From: an uncultured virus (IMG/VR IMGVR_UViG_3300028048_002585)
Taxonomy: Duplodnaviria; Heunggongvirae; Uroviricota; Caudoviricetes
Length of the DNA stretch: 29,455 nucleotides
Strand: one strand, 5' to 3'
Virus record (IMG/VR): IMGVR_UViG_3300028048_002585
This document shows positions 27,538 to 29,455 of this stretch, in pieces. Each line of letters opens with the position of its first letter. The stretch's first letter is position 1. The position numbers and the translations under genes were made by a program. The notes below the pieces were generated by a model. That model ran no database searches, had not been told where the DNA came from, and worked only from the letters and a program-made list of their open reading frames with translations.

Positions 27538-27557
27538 TATTGACATATACGTCAATA
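27538..27557. promoter_or_regulatory. Palindromic operator-like site
   Basis: TATTGAC-ATATAC-GTCAATA, a 7-bp perfect inverted repeat containing TTGACA. Confidence 0.45.
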
Positions 27558-27584
27558 TATGTTTTAGTATAGTTAGAAAGGTAA

Positions 27585-27631
27585 ATACTATATGTAGTGG
27601 TTTTAATAAACGCAGACACTATATATAAACA
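27585..27631. promoter_or_regulatory. Tandem NrdR-box-like sites
   Basis: ATACTATATGTAGTGG (27585-600) and ACACTATATATAAACA (27616-31), 31 bp start to start, versus consensus acaCwAtATaTwGtg; the second is degenerate. Confidence 0.55.
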
Positions 27632-27777
27632 CGTTTATTTAGCCCTATAAAATCTTATTATTTCAGCAGATATATATGTTATAATTTAATGGAATAATAT
27701 GGGATTTTATGAAGAAATTTTAAGGTTTCTCTCCACTTGTATGATTGCCAGTCCTATACTTGAGAGGAGGAATTATT

Positions 27778-28818
27778 ATGAGAAAGGATAAATATGCTAA
27801 GATTATTAATATTACAGTAAGCTATTCACTGGCTGCATCTCTTATGATCGGTCTTGTCGCATGTGGAAATTCTGATGCTCCTGCATCTGACAACACATCT
27901 TCTGCCGCAGAAGTATCTGAGACTTCTGAACCGGATACGGTTGCAACTGTCATCGATGTGGCAGATGTTATTGAAGATGAAGATGGAAATATTCTGGATG
28001 CTGTTTCTCATGAGAAGCTTACAGATGAGGAAATCGAAAAGAAAATTTCTGAAGGTGTTCTCAAGAAGGATAAGACAGGTAAGATCTCTATCGATCAGAA
28101 TAAGAATTCAAAGGCTAAGGCTTCCGGTACTACCGAAAATAAGACTGAGAGAAAGACTACTGAATCAGGTAAGACTACCGAAGTAAAGACTGAAGCTAAA
28201 AAGACTGAAGAGATTACCGAAAGAACTTCTGAAGGCAGAACAGAAAAGACAACCCAGCAGAAGACAGAAAATATTACAGAAAAGGCTACCGAGGCAAGAA
28301 CGGAACGAAAGACTGAAGCTCCTACTCAGCAGCGTACTGAAGCTCCTACTCAGCAGCGTACCGAAGCTCCTACTCAGGCTAGGACTGAAGCTCCTACTCA
28401 GCAGCGTACCGAAGCTCCGACTCAGACTAAGACAGAGGCTCCTACTCAGCAGCGTACCGAAGCTCCTACTCAGGCTAGGACTGAAGCTCCGACCTGCAAC
28501 CATGAATGGGTATGGCATACTCATACCGAAACTGTTCACAAGTCTGAGCAGTATCTTGTCAGTGAGCCATGGGATGAGCCGGTATATGAAAATCACTCAT
28601 TTTGTAATGGTTGCGGTACAGATCTGACTGCTACATATGGCGGTGCATTAACAGATGCGGGTGGTAGTCATCTTGATGCTTGTGGAACGGGTTATCATTC
28701 AGGTAATGTACAGGTCGGTTCTATTCATCATGATGCGGTATATGACACTGATGAGTGGGATGAATACGAAGAGGTAAACGATTATCAGTATTGCTCAAAA
28801 TGTGGAGCAAGAAAATAG
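27778..28818 (+). CDS. Lipoprotein with Thr/Glu-rich repeat stalk and Cys/His-rich C-terminal domain
   Basis: SD GAGGAGG before ATG 27778; lipobox LVAC; TEAPTQQR repeats; CNHEW...CNGCG...HLDAC...CSKCG. Confidence 0.85.
   Translation: MRKDKYAKIINITVSYSLAASLMIGLVACGNSDAPASDNTSSAAEVSETSEPDTVATVIDVADVIEDEDGNILDAVSHEKLTDEEIEKKISEGVLKKDKTGKISIDQNKNSKAKASGTTENKTERKTTESGKTTEVKTEAKKTEEITERTSEGRTEKTTQQKTENITEKATEARTERKTEAPTQQRTEAPTQQRTEAPTQARTEAPTQQRTEAPTQTKTEAPTQQRTEAPTQARTEAPTCNHEWVWHTHTETVHKSEQYLVSEPWDEPVYENHSFCNGCGTDLTATYGGALTDAGGSHLDACGTGYHSGNVQVGSIHHDAVYDTDEWDEYEEVNDYQYCSKCGARK
28312..28494 (+). repeat. 24-bp coding tandem repeat, 7 full copies plus a partial copy
   Basis: ACTGAAGCTCCTACTCAGCAGCGT and variants encoding TEAPTQ(QR/AR/TK). 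Confidence 0.95.
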
Positions 28819-28842
28819 CATGATATATGAAAGGAGAAGTCT

Positions 28843-29337
28843 ATGAAAGCAAAGACAAGATGGGGCAAACGTTTAATTTCGTTGATACTTGCGCTGCTTA
28901 TTATCTGTTCTCCCGTTATGACAAATAATGTATATGCTGCTGATAATGTATATCCGACAATATATAATAATGTAAATTATGCTTTTGTATATGACTATGA
29001 TTATTATATATCAAGATATCCCGATATAAGAAAAGTATTGGGAACTGATCCGAATAAAGTGTTCTGGCATTTTATCAATTACGGAATGCGTGAAGGCAGA
29101 CAGGCGAAGGCAGACTTTAATGTAAATGCATATAAGAACAGATATACTGATCTTCAGAAAGCTTACGGCAATAATCTTCCGATGTACTACTTGCATTACT
29201 GTATATGGGGACACAAAGAAGGACGAAGCGCCTCTGAACTTGATTATACCAAGGTATTCAATGCAAAATATTATGCAGACAGATATCCTGATCTGAAAGC
29301 TACCTTCGGATATAATGAAGTCGCTCTATTCAGATAA
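28843..29337 (+). pseudogene. Secreted protein with YxxRYPDL...HFxxYGxxEGR repeats, truncated by an insertion
   Basis: SD GAAAGGAG, signal peptide ending VYA; two complete repeats, and the third stops at ALFR* just before the expected HF..G..EGR. Confidence 0.7.
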
Positions 29338-29455
29338 TATGAAGTGACCTCACATTTGTAGCAACGTGGATTTACCTGTATACTGATGATTGTCAAGATC
29401 AATGGTAACAGGGATTACCGCATACAAAAGGAGGTCACCTATGAATAGAATAATC
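29332..29455 (+). mobile_element. Probable left end of an IS110-family (IS1111-like) element, with transposase start at 29441
   Basis: Abrupt junction; AGATAAT followed by ATGAAGTGAC (candidate subterminal IR); promoter TTGTAG-17-TATACT (29356-84); SD AAGGAGG; ATG 29441 MNRII. Only 5 codons are visible, so the family call rests on the end sequence. Confidence 0.6.

Noticed and set aside
27200..27770. oriT or replication origin in the long AT-rich intergenic region
   Set aside because: No recognisable nic site, iterons or DnaA-box cluster, and no relaxase or rep gene in the window.
28312..28494. Regular short repeats resembling a CRISPR array
   Set aside because: Contiguous in-frame 24-bp coding units with no unique spacers and no cas genes.
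29311..29326. ATGAAGT in the host gene resembling the IS end
   Set aside because: A 7-bp match within normal coding sequence; insufficient for a target duplication.

Overview
AT-rich, low-GC Firmicute (Clostridia/Lachnospiraceae-like) DNA from a large conjugative element (ICE or megaplasmid). The left third is a minus-strand Gram-positive type IV secretion module: three hypothetical genes (one weakly PcfB-like), VirD4 coupling protein, VirB2/Maff2-like pilin, VirB6-like, PrgI, VirB4, and a gene cut by the window edge. The middle holds cargo: a tandem-Phd gene with an acidic partner, an Rpn/PD-(D/E)XK gene, a lipoprotein DNA/RNA nuclease, a 4-gene uncharacterised operon, and an AT-rich patch of small genes hiding a tyrosine-recombinase C-terminal remnant. 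The right part encodes a 2830-aa sortase-anchored adhesin, a repeat-rich lipoprotein, and a secreted repeat protein truncated by what looks like the left end of an IS110-family element. Main non-obvious signals: (1) a 19-bp motif (minus strand TTATACATAATATATATAG) heading all four backbone transcription units, suggesting an element-specific transfer regulon; (2) the Rpn locus, which combines a leader peptide and terminator/antiterminator switch with a perfect internal SD for a 70-aa C-terminal product; (3) tandem NrdR-box-like sites with no nrd gene; (4) a repeat module inserted inside a CnaB domain. No relaxase, intact integrase, rRNA, tRNA or CRISPR array was seen. All family calls are by eye, without database searches.
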